From contig CAJWLU010000028.1 in the NCBI GenBank assembly GCA_913043225.1, forward strand, positions 1 through 39,560: a DNA stretch of 39,560 bases, in the 5' to 3' direction. Below the pieces are notes generated by a model that was given only the letters and a program-made list of their open reading frames with translations, ran no database searches and had not been told where the DNA came from. Each line of letters starts with the position of its first letter. Positions within the stretch are counted from its first letter, which is position 1. Shown here piece by piece: positions 38,426 through 39,560 of this stretch. Position numbers and translations under genes: made by a program. The DNA comes from an uncultured Acidobacteriota bacterium (GTDB taxonomy: Bacteria > Acidobacteriota > Vicinamibacteria > Vicinamibacterales > UBA8438).

Positions 38426-39367
38426 GTGTATGGCTTCTTCAACAACGGCGGAGCCCGGGCCTACGTGGTCAACGTGGGCGTCGACGACAAGGGGCCCGAC
38501 AAGAAGGCCGGAAAGTTCATCGGGACCGACAATGGGCCAGGGACCCGCACGGGCCTGAAGACCCTTGAGGACGTGGATGACATCAACATCGTCGTGGCGC
38601 CGGGCCAGACCGATCCGGCCATCGTGGACGCGGTCCTCTCCCACTGCGAGAACATGCGTTACCGGTTCGCCATTCTCGATTCGCCTGAGGTGATCGAGAA
38701 GGGGGGCGTCGACAAGTTGGGCAAGCCCCGGGACAGCAAGTACGGCGCCTACTACTTCCCCTGGATCGAGGTCTACGACCCGAAGCAGGGCAACGTCACT
38801 GTCCCCCCCAGCGGGCACATGGCGGGGGTGTACGCTCGCAGTGATGCCGAGCGTGGCGTTCACAAGGCCCCTGCGAATGAGATTGTGCGTGGTGCCCTTG
38901 GGCTCAAGTACACGGTCACCAAGGGAGAGCAGGACGTGTTGAACCCGAAGGGGATCAACTGCATCCGCGAGTTCAAGGACCGCGGCATCCGGGTGTGGGG
39001 CGCTCGCACGGTGTCGTCGGACGCCTCGTGGCGCTACATCAACGTTCGCCGGCTGTTCAACATGGTCGAGGAGAGCATCGAGCGCGGCACCCAGTGGGTC
39101 GTCTTCGAGCCCAACGACCACAAGCTGTGGAAGCGGGTCACGCGTGACATCACCGCCTTCCTGATGCGCGTGTGGCGCACCGGCGCGCTCTTCGGAGAGA
39201 GCCCGGAGCAGGCCTTCTTCGTCAAGTGCGACGACGAGACCAACCCGCCCGAGGTCATTGACGCAGGTCAGATGATTTGCGAAATTGGCATGTGCCCGGT
39301 CAAGCCGGCTGAGTTTGTCATCTTCCGGATCGGCCAGATGGCCGCCGGTGGCGATATTTCGGAGTAA
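38411..39367 (+). CDS. Contractile tail sheath protein (eCIS/Afp-type), 5'-truncated
   Basis: LAHAVYGFFNNGG..AYVV, RFAILD, AYYFPWI, VPPSGHMAGVYARSD.ERGVHKAPANE, LNPKGINCIR, VWGART, WRYINVRR, WVVFEPND, PVKPAEFVIFRI. In-frame TAG at 38405-38407; the usual PGVY N-terminus is absent. Confidence 0.9.
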   Translation, partial: HLAHAVYGFFNNGGARAYVVNVGVDDKGPDKKAGKFIGTDNGPGTRTGLKTLEDVDDINIVVAPGQTDPAIVDAVLSHCENMRYRFAILDSPEVIEKGGVDKLGKPRDSKYGAYYFPWIEVYDPKQGNVTVPPSGHMAGVYARSDAERGVHKAPANEIVRGALGLKYTVTKGEQDVLNPKGINCIREFKDRGIRVWGARTVSSDASWRYINVRRLFNMVEESIERGTQWVVFEPNDHKLWKRVTRDITAFLMRVWRTGALFGESPEQAFFVKCDDETNPPEVIDAGQMICEIGMCPVKPAEFVIFRIGQMAAGGDISE

Positions 39368-39406
39368 ACGCTCCACGGATTTACACCCATTTTTCGGAGG
39401 TAGGGC

Positions 39407-39560
39407 ATGGCCCAGGACAATCGCCGCGACCATGATTACGTCGGGCAATTCAACTTTACGGTCGAGATCGAGAACGTCACCGTCGGGCGCTTCAAGTCCG
39501 TGGACGGCTTGGACTCGGACACCGAGGTCATCGAGTATCAGGACGGCGACGACCTGATAC
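39407..39560 (+). CDS. Tail tube protein (T4 gp19-like, Afp1/5 type), runs off the window
   Basis: Not in the ORF track. GGAGG RBS; MAQDNRRDHDYVGQFNFTVEIENVTVGRFKSVDGLDSDTEVIEYQDGDD fits the F.F.VEI....F..V.GL...EVIEY..G tube signature. Confidence 0.88.
   Translation, partial: MAQDNRRDHDYVGQFNFTVEIENVTVGRFKSVDGLDSDTEVIEYQDGDDLI

Noticed and set aside
38060..39448. 462-aa minus-strand ORF
   Set aside because: Only the last 120 or so residues resemble a real protein; the rest is the stop-free antisense of the sheath gene across the breakpoint.
1..39560. CRISPR arrays, tRNA (including selC), rRNA, transposases
   Set aside because: None recognised by eye; the Sec and nickel-pincer biosynthesis genes must lie elsewhere if present.

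Overview
GC-rich bacterial chromosomal segment, mostly catabolic, transport and secreted-protein genes. The gene mix suggests Acidobacteriota (inference only): a CarboxypepD_reg-type TonB receptor start, DUF3604, a PQQ dehydrogenase and a heme-c/copper-monooxygenase fusion. Main result: two hidden selenoprotein genes of the UGSC type (28492-29034 and 37490-38023, minus strand), each split into two ORFs by the ORF track at an in-frame TGA (..GD/AD-U-GSCTSCS..). Both have a near-identical SECIS-like hairpin starting exactly 11 nt after the UGA. Each follows a paralog of an uncharacterised 'WTDGLPVVPPT' partner gene and precedes a different cargo: a nickel-pincer LarA-family racemase plus serine hydrolase in module 1, a sodium:solute symporter in module 2. 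The Sec motif resembles that of glycine/betaine reductase selenoprotein B (GrdB), suggesting an uncharacterised Se-dependent reductive catabolic system. Also present: SelO/YdiU, an lva/ACAD10-11-like beta-oxidation cluster, a lower-GC islet of small genes with a pseudogene and tandem paralogs, and a sharp head-to-head breakpoint near 38415 that joins a truncated partner gene to a truncated contractile-injection-system sheath followed by a tail-tube gene. No rRNA, tRNA, CRISPR array or transposase was recognised.
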